Shown here one piece after another: positions 46,987 through 55,756 of a stretch of DNA of 64,000 bases (positions are counted from its first letter, which is position 1; the number at the start of each line of letters is the position of its first letter). Under the pieces are notes generated by a model. That model saw only the letters and a program-made list of their open reading frames with translations. It was not told the DNA's origin and made no database searches. The stretch spans positions 1,762 through 65,761 of the forward strand of contig JANYJF010000026.1 of assembly GCA_025361885.1 (NCBI GenBank), given 5' to 3'. Origin of the DNA: Coriobacteriia bacterium (GTDB lineage: Bacteria > Actinomycetota > Coriobacteriia > Anaerosomatales > PALSA-660). The position numbers and the translations under genes are program-made.

Positions 46987-48462
46987 CTACAGGTACTCCC
47001 AGACATCGTCGATGCCGGCGTCGGTCGCCGGAACGCACTCCACGATGCCGCGGGCCGTCACGCCGCTCCCGGGATCCACAAGACGCAGGTCCGTCACCGT
47101 CGGGTCGTCGATCCACCGGCCTTCGGCGTCGATCAGGATCTTGACCCGCGGGTGCAGCAGGTCGTCGCGATTCACCCGGAACACCACACCTGTGGACTGG
47201 TCGTCGAGCTTGACGACGGCGCCCATCGGATAGATCCCGAGCATCGCCACGAGCGACTTGGTGATCGACGGGTCGTACGCTTTGCCGCGGCCCTGCATCA
47301 GGACTGCCAGCGCCTTGTCGGGCCGGATCTCGCGGCGGAACGGCCGCGAGGTCGTCATCGCGTCGTACGCGTCGCAGACCGCCACGAGCTTCGAGAAGAG
47401 GTGCTGCTCCTGGGAGCTCGCATTCTCCGGGTACCCCTGCAGGTCGTGGCGCTGGTGGTGCTCGTAGGCCACGATCATCGGCATCTGATCGACCAGCTGG
47501 ATGCGCTTGAGCAAGTCGGCGCCCTCGGTCGCGTGGCTCTTGATGATGTGCCACTCGTCGGAAGTCAGAGGGCCTTCCTTGTTCAGGATGTCCTCGGGGA
47601 TCCGCACCTTGCCCAGGTCGTAGAGGAGAGCGGAGAGACCGAGCGAACGCAGCGACTCTTCGTCCAGCCCCAAGGTGGAACCGAGCGCGAGGCTCAGGAT
47701 GCACACGTTGATGGAGTGGTTGAGCGTGTAGTCGTCGTGGCTCTTTATGGCCGTGAGGCCCAGGACGGCGGCGGGATCGGTGAACAGGCTCTCCAGCAGC
47801 GAGTTGACCACGCTCTGCAGCGGCTGCACCTCGAAGACACGGCCGAGCTTCACCTGGGTCTCGACGTCTCTCATGGCGCCCACGCCCACATCGTAGGCCT
47901 TGCGGGCACGGGCCTTGCTTTCCGCGGAGGTCCGGCCCTCGTCCTCTGCGAGACCCGAAGTCTCCGAGACGTCCACAGCGCGGATCTGATGCGAGTCCAG
48001 ATAGTGCTGCGCGGCGTCGATGTCGTGAACGTCGTCGGCGGTCAGCAGTCCGATCAGCCCCGCGGCGTCGCTTCGCCCGAAGTCCTGGGAGATCGTGAGA
48101 GCGGAGATTCCGCGAGCGAGCGTTTCCTCTATAAGCTTGGTGTAGGTCTGACTCTCTTCCGTCAGCACGTGATCCTCGACGAACAGGGTCTGTTTGTAGA
48201 TGTTGATGGTGACCTCTTCGAAGCCCATCTCCGCCAGCGCGGCCACGGCCGCGACGAGTTCGTCGAACGATTGACCCACTGAGGGATGGCTCGCCGGGTA
48301 CAGCGCTGCGCTCGTCTGCGCCACGGCGAGCGCGCGGACGAGCTCCTTCGCCCGGGCGAGGCGCTTCCGGCTGGCGAACGGCGACCGCGACGCGGGGGCA
48401 GCGACCGCCGCCATCTCCGCCGGTGTCTCGAGCCGGTCCGCGCCGATACCAGTGTCTGTCAC
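46987..48462 (-). CDS. HD-GYP domain phosphohydrolase (putative c-di-GMP phosphodiesterase) with an N-terminal sensor-like domain (491 aa)
   Basis: HD motif ALLYDLGK. HHQRHDLQGYP (the HHExxDGxGYP-type motif). Downstream CDAYDAMTTSRPF. Confidence 0.85.
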   Translation of the reverse strand: MTDTGIGADRLETPAEMAAVAAPASRSPFASRKRLARAKELVRALAVAQTSAALYPASHPSVGQSFDELVAAVAALAEMGFEEVTINIYKQTLFVEDHVLTEESQTYTKLIEETLARGISALTISQDFGRSDAAGLIGLLTADDVHDIDAAQHYLDSHQIRAVDVSETSGLAEDEGRTSAESKARARKAYDVGVGAMRDVETQVKLGRVFEVQPLQSVVNSLLESLFTDPAAVLGLTAIKSHDDYTLNHSINVCILSLALGSTLGLDEESLRSLGLSALLYDLGKVRIPEDILNKEGPLTSDEWHIIKSHATEGADLLKRIQLVDQMPMIVAYEHHQRHDLQGYPENASSQEQHLFSKLVAVCDAYDAMTTSRPFRREIRPDKALAVLMQGRGKAYDPSITKSLVAMLGIYPMGAVVKLDDQSTGVVFRVNRDDLLHPRVKILIDAEGRWIDDPTVTDLRLVDPGSGVTARGIVECVPATDAGIDDVWEYL

Positions 48463-50375
48463 GAGTCGCTCCCTCTCTCGGTCACGCCATCCCTTGCCCG
48501 ATCCATTGACGCGAGCGCGGTCCGTGCCGCATCCCGCAAGTCCTTGGCTGTCTTCCCGAACGCGAATCGCTTGCCGGCGAGCCTGCGCAGGAGAGGTTGC
48601 GCCTCGTCGGCGCTCATTGCTCCAAGACAGTCTACGATTTCGCGTCTGAACTCGCGATTCCTGTTACCGGATGCGCGACCGTCGGCGATCTCGAGCATCA
48701 CGGGGATTGCTCCGCGGGCGTCAGCCGCGCGGATGATGGCCAGTGCGTGGTGGGCGGTGGCGGCGTCCCCGGAGCGCAGCGCCTCGTACACCGAGAGCCA
48801 CGCTTCCTGGCGCCCGAGCCGCGACAGAGCTGTTAGCGCCGCCAGCCGAACCTCGGGAAACGCGTTGTCGAGTGTCCGGCGAAGGGTCGGGACCGCGCGC
48901 CGGTCGCCCACTATCGCGAGAAGCTCGGTGAGTTGTACCGCTTCGAATGGGTCGGAGGTCCGCAGGCGGCGGTCCGTCGCGGTGATGATGCCCTCCGGAA
49001 CCATGGAGAAGGCGCGTTCCAATGCCGTGCGATCGTCTTGCTCCGCGTCGATCCAGGCGTTCATCGCGGCTTCGGCTCCCGCTGCCCCCGCCGCGGTCAG
49101 CACCGCCGAGACGTCCGCGGTCGCCGCCGAGCGCACGCAGCGCAGCGCTTCGCTCAGGGCCGAAAGGTCGGCGAGTCCCGCCCGCGCGCGGCCGATCGCC
49201 TGTGTCAGCGACGGGTCCGTCGCCGCGCCCTCCAGGAACGTGAGGCCGTCGTGGACGGCATCGAACGACCCGCATCTGAGTGCTCCGAGCATCGCTTCGC
49301 CGACCGCCGCCACGCCGTCACCGGTCGGACAGACGCGCGCCAGGGCGAGTGTCGTGCGCAACGCACGGCTCGCGGCCATCCGGGGGGCTGCGCCCGCAAG
49401 CCGGCCCTCCATGTCGCCGTCGGCCTCGTCCTCGGCCTCCACAGCCTCGACGATGGCGTCCACATCCGGTTCCTCGGTCGCGATCTCCCGCAGGGGGTCC
49501 GTCTCCGCTGACGGTCGCAACAGCAGCGCGATCGCCCTGGCAGCTTCGGGGGGCAGCCGCAGCTGCGACAGCAGTCCGGACACCTTCGCATCGTCTCGCG
49601 CGGCAACGAGCGTCAGCAGCCGCGCGAGCGTGGCGGGGTTCATGTGCGCGACGACGTCGAACACGCCACCCATCTGCTTGCCGGCCGAGTCACCCCGGAA
49701 CGCGGCGGTGAGCACCGCGACACGTGTGGCTTCATCGAGCCGCATCAGCGCCTCTGCGACACGTGACGCGGCCAGGTCGCGAGTGGCCGTCTCGAGTCCG
49801 CCGATCGCCCGCCCCACGTCGTCGACGCCGTCACCGGCCGCGGCGCTGCGCGCCCACTTGGCGGCCGCACGCACGATCTCCGGGCCGATAGCCTCCAGCG
49901 GAGCACTCGTCAGGTCCATGCCCGCGATGCCCTCTTCCTTCGAGGCTCGCAGCGTCAGTTCGATGACCGCGATGTGCGTGACCCCGGCGCCGACGATGAC
50001 TGAGCGCAACCCGCCCTCTTCGCGGGTGGCCCGGGGATCCGCCGCCACGCACCGCACGAACGTCATCGCCTCATCCAGCTTGATGTCCGGAGCGATGATC
50101 AGTTGGCCGACCTGGTGGGCGTACAGGGTCGCGGCAAGCGAGGAGACCAAGGCGCTGTTCTCGCCGATCAGAACGTCGGTGAACTTGAACGCCTTCGGTT
50201 CGACGAGGCAGCGTATGTGGCCGGAGACAGAGGTGACCGAGGCCGCGGAATCGACGAACCGCTGGACCGCTTGGAGCGGCAGCTGGCTCGTGGGAGGATA
50301 CAGCCGCACCGCCGCCTCGGCGGCGGCGAGCGTGCGGAGCACCTCCTCAGCGTGTGCCTGGGTCTGTTCGATCAT
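48459..50375 (-). CDS. HEAT-repeat protein sharing its N-terminal domain with the downstream HD-GYP protein (638 aa)
   Basis: C-terminal PBS-lyase/HEAT-like repeats (AVPTLRRTLDNAFPEVRLAALTALSRLG; GAIPVMLEIA...REIVDCLGAM). The N-terminal ...AVRLYPPTSQ... parallels ...SAALYPASHP... of the HD-GYP protein. GGGAGGG RBS. 4-nt overlap with the next gene. Confidence 0.75.
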   Translation of the reverse strand: MIEQTQAHAEEVLRTLAAAEAAVRLYPPTSQLPLQAVQRFVDSAASVTSVSGHIRCLVEPKAFKFTDVLIGENSALVSSLAATLYAHQVGQLIIAPDIKLDEAMTFVRCVAADPRATREEGGLRSVIVGAGVTHIAVIELTLRASKEEGIAGMDLTSAPLEAIGPEIVRAAAKWARSAAAGDGVDDVGRAIGGLETATRDLAASRVAEALMRLDEATRVAVLTAAFRGDSAGKQMGGVFDVVAHMNPATLARLLTLVAARDDAKVSGLLSQLRLPPEAARAIALLLRPSAETDPLREIATEEPDVDAIVEAVEAEDEADGDMEGRLAGAAPRMAASRALRTTLALARVCPTGDGVAAVGEAMLGALRCGSFDAVHDGLTFLEGAATDPSLTQAIGRARAGLADLSALSEALRCVRSAATADVSAVLTAAGAAGAEAAMNAWIDAEQDDRTALERAFSMVPEGIITATDRRLRTSDPFEAVQLTELLAIVGDRRAVPTLRRTLDNAFPEVRLAALTALSRLGRQEAWLSVYEALRSGDAATAHHALAIIRAADARGAIPVMLEIADGRASGNRNREFRREIVDCLGAMSADEAQPLLRRLAGKRFAFGKTAKDLRDAARTALASMDRARDGVTERGSDS

Positions 50376-50578
50376 CCGCCGGTCCCTCCCGCAAGAGTGT
50401 GACACCGCCCACTGTTTATCGGCATCAGTGTGGGCCTCGCTCAGTGTTCGCGGCTACAATCGAAGTGCTTTCCCGGCCACTCGCGTGCTAGAGGGATACC
50501 CGGTCTGCCGATACACCTGACGTACGATGGGAGACCAGCCGCGCCCGTGCCGGCGTTCTTGGAGGTAGAAGGGCCTGC

Positions 50579-51073
50579 GTGAGCCTTCACACTGAAGCGT
50601 ACTACCGCGCCATCGTGGGCGACCACCTCAAACAGGCCGGGATGACGGAACCTCCCATCTCTGTCGATGAGGTCGCCGCTCTGCTCGGCGTGCCCGTGCG
50701 GATGGTCACCTTCCCCACGTGGTTCCGTGGGGCCATCGTTTCCGAGGACGGGATGCCCGTCATCATCGTCAACTCGGCGATCCCCTTGGAGATCCGGCGC
50801 AACGCGCTCGCACACATGCTCTCGCACATCCTGTTGCGCCTCAGCGACCCGCACGCGGTCTATCCGCGGGAGACACAGGAGCCGCATCGCGAGGCCGATC
50901 TCATGGCCGCGCAATTCGTCCTTCCCGACAGCATGGTCATCGCTCAGGCGCGGAAGTGGTTCAATGATTATCGCTACCTCGCCCGGCTCTTCGGTGTGAG
51001 CGAAAGCGATATGATGGAAAAGATGCGGGAGTTGGGTCTGATCAAGTCCCGCGGCATCATCTGGGACTACTGA
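50579..51073 (+). CDS. ImmA/IrrE (M78)-like protein with a degenerate metal site (164 aa)
   Basis: RRNALAHMLSHILL occupies the position of the HExxH motif, with Met replacing the catalytic Glu. The family-typical ADLMAAQFVLP follows. The start codon is uncertain. Confidence 0.6.
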   Translation: MSLHTEAYYRAIVGDHLKQAGMTEPPISVDEVAALLGVPVRMVTFPTWFRGAIVSEDGMPVIIVNSAIPLEIRRNALAHMLSHILLRLSDPHAVYPRETQEPHREADLMAAQFVLPDSMVIAQARKWFNDYRYLARLFGVSESDMMEKMRELGLIKSRGIIWDY

Positions 51074-51142
51074 GCCGCGCATTCGCGGCGTTGTTTCGCG
51101 CCAGGGCCGAGGCCTGCCGCGCGACCTTTGGGAGGACAAGCC

Positions 51143-52117
51143 ATGCGGACGTCGTATGCGGTGGGTCTCGACGTGGGCGGTACCCGCATCGCCGCCGCTC
51201 TCGTGGAGCGCAAGGGCCGCATCGTCAAGGAATCGAAGACGCTGACGCCCAAGGGCGGTCCGTTCGGCGTCGTGGACGCGATCATCGACGCCGTCGAAGA
51301 GGTCTCGGCATCTGTGCACCCTTCGGAGATCGCGGGGATCGGCATCGGTCTTCCGGCCCAGATCGACTTCTTCCGGCAGACCGTGGAGTTCTGCACGAAC
51401 CTGCCCCTGGCGGGAGTGGACATGCGCTCGCTCGTGATGTCCCGGGTCAAGCATGCCGTGACCATCGATAACGATGGCCACACGGCAGCCCTCGGCGAAT
51501 CGCGCTTCGGTGCCGCCAAAGGCGCGAAGGACTTCGTCATGGTCACACTGGGCACCGGCGTCGGCGGCGGCGTCTTCTTGGGCGGCCAGCTCTTCCGCGG
51601 TCATCGCGGCCTCGCGGGCGAGCTCGGCCACACGCTCGTGGAGATCGACGGGCTGGAGTGCCCGTGCGGCGCTCGGGGCCACCTCGAGGCGTACGTGGCG
51701 CGGCCCGCTATCATCCGTGAAGGTCGTGCGGCGGCCGAGACGTTCAAAGGAGCCGCCATCAAGCGGCTGGCCGGCGACGACCTGGACCGGATCTCCGCCG
51801 AGATCGTGATCGACGCCGCGAACAGCGGCGACGACGAGGCGCTTCGCATCATGGGCGAGATAGGCGGCATCCTCGGCCAGTCGTTGGTGGGGATCGTCAA
51901 CATGCTCAACCCCCAGCTGATAGTGGTGGGCGGAGGTATCGGCGAGTCGTGTCCGATCGTGATCGAGCGCGCGTCGGCGGTCATCAGCGAGCATGCGCTC
52001 GCCGGCCGTCGCGACGTGCGCGTGGTGAGGGCGGATCTCGGCAACGATGCGGGCGTGGTGGGCGCCGCCGCTCTCGCGTTCGACGAGAACGATTCCAGGG
52101 AGGGCATGCACCGATGA
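51143..52117 (+). CDS. ROK-family sugar kinase or regulator-like protein, probable glucokinase (324 aa)
   Basis: VGLDVGGTRIAAAL ATP-binding motif. The ROK signature region GHRGLAGELGH and the Zn motif CPCGARGHLE are present. GGGAGGA RBS. Confidence 0.85.
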   Translation: MRTSYAVGLDVGGTRIAAALVERKGRIVKESKTLTPKGGPFGVVDAIIDAVEEVSASVHPSEIAGIGIGLPAQIDFFRQTVEFCTNLPLAGVDMRSLVMSRVKHAVTIDNDGHTAALGESRFGAAKGAKDFVMVTLGTGVGGGVFLGGQLFRGHRGLAGELGHTLVEIDGLECPCGARGHLEAYVARPAIIREGRAAAETFKGAAIKRLAGDDLDRISAEIVIDAANSGDDEALRIMGEIGGILGQSLVGIVNMLNPQLIVVGGGIGESCPIVIERASAVISEHALAGRRDVRVVRADLGNDAGVVGAAALAFDENDSREGMHR

Positions 52118-53223
52118 GCTCGACTGTGTACTTCGCACCCATGCGTTCCGTCAAGAAGACCTCCCTGACCAAGCGTGCGGGCGCTTTGCTCGAGCGCGCC
52201 GGACTGGGCGACGCCATAGCGGACGGAGACTTCGTCGCCGTCAAGATCCACTTCGGCGAAGAGGGCAACACGGGCTTCGTCCAGCCGATGTACGTGCGCG
52301 AGGTCGTCGCGCGGATCAAGGCGCACGGTGGCAGGCCGTTCCTCACCGACGCCAACACGCTCTACCGCGGCGAGCGCAGCAACTCGGTGGACCACATCGC
52401 CTGCGCGATCCACAACGGATTCGGGTACGCCACGGTGGAGGCGCCCATCGTCATCGCCGATGGGCTCGACGGCCGCGAGGCGTGCGACGTGCCGATCAGC
52501 GGCGGGAAGCACTTCGAAAGCGTGAAGATCGGCTCGGCCGCGGTCCACGCGGACGCGATGGTCGTGGTCACGCACTTCAAGGGGCACGAGGCGGCCGGGT
52601 TCGGCGGCGCGCTCAAGAACGTGGGAATGGGTTTGGGCTGCCGCTCTGCCAAGCAGCGGATGCATGCCGATTTCGACCCCGATGTGCTCGCCGAGAAGTG
52701 CACCGCCTGCGCCCGGTGTGTGCGCTCCTGCCCCGTCGAGGCGATCGTCATCGGCCCCGACCGGGTGGCCCTCATCGATCACGAGCTGTGCTACGGGTGT
52801 GGCGAGTGTGTCGCCTCCTGCCCATATGGCGCCATCGGGATCCAGTGGGGGACCGACGCTTCGGCGCTGCAGGAGAAGATCGCGGAGCACTTCGCCGGCG
52901 CGGTATCGGGCAAGGACGGCAAGATCGTGTATCTGACCTTCGTCACCAACATCTCGCCGGATTGCGACTGCTGGAGCTTCTCGGACGCCCCTGTGGTAGC
53001 CGACATAGGCGTTCTGGCATCGACCGATCCGGTCGCGATCGACCAAGCGGCCCTCGATATGGTCACCGGTGCGACCGGCCTTCCCGGTTCGCGCGGTGAA
53101 GGCATGACGCCGGGCACGGAGAAGTTCGCCGCTATCAGCGGCGTGGACGGCACCGCGGTCCTGCGCCACTCCGAGGCGCTCGGTCTGGGTACACGTGAGT
53201 ACGAGCTGGTGCGTGTGGAGTAG
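52114..53223 (+). CDS. DUF362 domain protein with an embedded 2x[4Fe-4S] ferredoxin domain (369 aa)
   Basis: DUF362 N-terminus (VAVKIHFGE...FLTDANT). CTACARCVRSCP and CYGCGECVASCP clusters. ATGA overlap with the ROK gene. Confidence 0.8.
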   Translation: MSSTVYFAPMRSVKKTSLTKRAGALLERAGLGDAIADGDFVAVKIHFGEEGNTGFVQPMYVREVVARIKAHGGRPFLTDANTLYRGERSNSVDHIACAIHNGFGYATVEAPIVIADGLDGREACDVPISGGKHFESVKIGSAAVHADAMVVVTHFKGHEAAGFGGALKNVGMGLGCRSAKQRMHADFDPDVLAEKCTACARCVRSCPVEAIVIGPDRVALIDHELCYGCGECVASCPYGAIGIQWGTDASALQEKIAEHFAGAVSGKDGKIVYLTFVTNISPDCDCWSFSDAPVVADIGVLASTDPVAIDQAALDMVTGATGLPGSRGEGMTPGTEKFAAISGVDGTAVLRHSEALGLGTREYELVRVE

Positions 53224-53260
53224 CCCTGCCTCGGCGGGGCGTGAGGCGATAGGGGCGACG

Positions 53261-54469
53261 ATGGACTACGGCGGGGTACTCAAGCGTGCTTGGAACGTGA
53301 CGTGGAAGTACAAGGTGCTCTGGCTGTTCGGGCTGTTCGCGGGTGGGTTCTCGAGCGGCGGAAGCGGGAACACCAGCAGTTTCACGAACCGGTTCAACAC
53401 AGGCAGCTCCAACCAGTTCAGCGCCCAGAACCTGCAGCAGCTGCGGGACCAGGTCCTGCCGTATCTCGGGCTGTTGGTCGCCGCCACGGTGTTCCTCGTG
53501 GTGATCGGTATCGTGTTCTGGATCGTCGGCATCGCGGCACGAGGCGGTTTGGTCCACCTCGTCAATGAGGCCGAGGACGGTCGCTCGGTCCGTGCCGGGG
53601 AGGGCTGGAGCCGCGGATTCCACTTCTGGGGACGCACGTTCGTGATGGAGCTGCTGCTGGGTCTTCCGGCCCTGGTCATCGGACTCGTCACCGCCGTCGC
53701 TCTGGTGATCGACGTCGCCGGCGCCGCGCGAAGTGGGTCCTCGGCAGGGACGGGGGCGGCCGTGGCCTCCGCCCTGGGGGGCATGTGTTTCCTGCGGGTC
53801 ATCGTCGTCATCGCGGCGATCGCCTACGCCCTGGTCATCGGACCCGTGATCCAGCTCGCGCTGCGATACATCGTCCTGAAGGACCAGCGGGCCGTCGAGT
53901 CGATCAGGTCCGGCTGGCACGACCTGTGGGGCAAGCGCGGGGCATTCCTGATGTACCTGCTCATGATCGCCGTCGGGATCGGGATCGGGATAGTCGCTGC
54001 GATCATCTTCGTTCCGGCGGCCCTTCTCGGCGCCGTGCTCCTGTTCTTGGGGCCGGCCGGTATCGGGCTGTACGGGATCCTGTTCTTCGCGCTCGCCCTG
54101 GCTATCGGCGCGGTGACCGGCACGTTCCACTCCGCCGCGTGGACCATCTTCTTCCGCCGCATGGAGGGCATGGAGAAGGCCAGCCAGCTGCCCGCATGGG
54201 GCGGCGCGCCGTCGTCCGATTCTGACTTGGTGGGCTTCCCGCCGGCCGCGAGCAGCTTCCCGCCGCCGCCTCCGATCGAGGTCCGCGGTCCCGCGCCGAC
54301 GCCGCCGGCTCCTCCCGCTCCTCCCGCGCCCCCGGCTCCAGAGGTCGCGCCCGAGCCACTCGCTCCCCCCGCGCACGAGAGCGGTTTTCCGCCTCCGGCC
54401 GGGGCCGGGACTCCGCCCGCCGGTGAGCCTCCCGCGCCCGGCGGATCGAAGAACCCCTTTGAGTTCTAG
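53261..54469 (+). CDS. Polytopic membrane protein with a Pro-rich C-terminal tail (402 aa)
   Basis: MDYGGVLKRAWNVTWKYKVLWLFGLFAGG N-terminus and six or more TM segments. Tail with PAPPAPPAPPAP repeats. No family name recalled with certainty. Confidence 0.65.
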   Translation: MDYGGVLKRAWNVTWKYKVLWLFGLFAGGFSSGGSGNTSSFTNRFNTGSSNQFSAQNLQQLRDQVLPYLGLLVAATVFLVVIGIVFWIVGIAARGGLVHLVNEAEDGRSVRAGEGWSRGFHFWGRTFVMELLLGLPALVIGLVTAVALVIDVAGAARSGSSAGTGAAVASALGGMCFLRVIVVIAAIAYALVIGPVIQLALRYIVLKDQRAVESIRSGWHDLWGKRGAFLMYLLMIAVGIGIGIVAAIIFVPAALLGAVLLFLGPAGIGLYGILFFALALAIGAVTGTFHSAAWTIFFRRMEGMEKASQLPAWGGAPSSDSDLVGFPPAASSFPPPPPIEVRGPAPTPPAPPAPPAPPAPEVAPEPLAPPAHESGFPPPAGAGTPPAGEPPAPGGSKNPFEF

Positions 54470-54557
54470 GGCGAAGAAGGACGGCGACGTCCGAAGCGAT
54501 CCGGGACCGGCTCCCTTGGGGGCCGGTCCCGCTTCAGCGTCCTCGGGCGGGCGTCTG

Positions 54558-55403
54558 ATGGTGTGCGCGACGCCGATCGGCAATCTCGGCGACGTGACGC
54601 TGCGCGTGCTGGACGCCCTGCGCGACGCCGACGTCATCGCGGCCGAGGACACCCGTGTGACCCGCAAACTCCTGTCGCGCTACGACATCCATACCCCGCT
54701 CGAGCCGTACCACGCGAAGAACCTCGTGGCGCGCACGCCCGTGCTCGTGGAGCGGATCGTGGCCGGTACGGTCGTCGCGCTGGTCTCGGACGCGGGCATG
54801 CCCGGAGTCTCCGACCCGGGTGCCCACCTGGTCGACGCAGCCATCGAGGCTGGCGTGCCGGTCGAGGTGCTGCCCGGAGCATCCGCCATGATCACCGCTC
54901 TGGTGGCATCGGGTCTGCCGACGCACGCGTTCTACTTCGGCGGCTTCCTGCCCCGCAAGGCGGGTGACCGACGTCGGGCCCTGCAGAAGGTCGCCGACTT
55001 GGATGCCACCCTCCTGTTCTACGAGTCGCCCCGCCGCACCGCCGCGACACTCGCTTCCGTGGCCGAGGTGATGCCGCATCGCCGCGCCGCCATGGCGCGG
55101 GAGCTCACGAAGTTCTTCGAGGAGGTCGCGCGTGCCCCGGTCGGCGAGCTCGCCGCGAGTGTGGCCGGACGAGAGTTGAAAGGCGAGGTCGTTCTCGTCA
55201 TCGGTCCGCCGCAGGCCGGCGAGTCAGGCGCGTCACAGGCGATCGGATCCGATGACGCCGCGATCTTGGAGGTGTACGCATCCGTTCTCGCCGAAGGGCT
55301 GTCGCGGCGGGACGCCGTGAAGGAGACGGCGCGCCGCAGCGGCGCGCCCAGGAACACGGTCTACGACCTTGTCACGCGCGGAGGCGCGGCTAGGCCTTCT
55401 TGA
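54558..55403 (+). CDS. rsmI: 16S rRNA (cytidine1402-2'-O)-methyltransferase (281 aa)
   Basis: LMVCATPIGNLGDVTLRVL..L...D.IAAEDTR...LL and a tetrapyrrole-methylase-fold pattern. The start could lie further upstream. Confidence 0.85.
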   Translation: MVCATPIGNLGDVTLRVLDALRDADVIAAEDTRVTRKLLSRYDIHTPLEPYHAKNLVARTPVLVERIVAGTVVALVSDAGMPGVSDPGAHLVDAAIEAGVPVEVLPGASAMITALVASGLPTHAFYFGGFLPRKAGDRRRALQKVADLDATLLFYESPRRTAATLASVAEVMPHRRAAMARELTKFFEEVARAPVGELAASVAGRELKGEVVLVIGPPQAGESGASQAIGSDDAAILEVYASVLAEGLSRRDAVKETARRSGAPRNTVYDLVTRGGAARPS

Positions 55404-55632
55404 TCTCCCTGACGCAGTCGGCGCACACGGCGCGATCGTTCACTGTGGCCGCGATGGTCGTGCCACCGCACAGCGCGCACACGTCGCGATGCTTCTGCAA
55501 GATGATCCGGTCACCCTCTACATAGATCGCCATGGGATCCTTGACCTTGATCCCGAGCGATCGTCGCAGCTCCATGGGGATGACGATCCGTCCCAGATCA
55601 TCCACTCGCCGGACGATTCCCGTGTCGCTCAT
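55390..55632 (-). CDS. AbrB/SpoVT-domain DNA-binding protein with a C-terminal C4 zinc-ribbon-like tail (80 aa)
   Basis: GIVRRVDDLGRIVIPMELRRSLGI swapped-hairpin domain, then CALCG-x13-CADC. Its 3' end overlaps the rsmI 3' end by 14 nt (convergent). Confidence 0.8.
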   Translation of the reverse strand: MSDTGIVRRVDDLGRIVIPMELRRSLGIKVKDPMAIYVEGDRIILQKHRDVCALCGGTTIAATVNDRAVCADCVREIKKA

Positions 55633-55756
55633 GACAGTCCCCGCCCTTTCAGTCGAACCTCGCTCCGACCCTGCTAAGATACGCACACGGGCCGAGCCGG
55701 ACACTTCGCCCGGCCACATACTTCCATAAATGCCCACCGTTGGAGTGTTGTAACGC

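Noticed and set aside
54240-54440. A CCN-rich nucleotide repeat (ccgccggctcctcccgctcctcccgcgccc...).
   Set aside because: It lies in frame within the membrane protein gene and simply encodes the PAPPAPPAPPAP tail. It is not an independent DNA repeat element.
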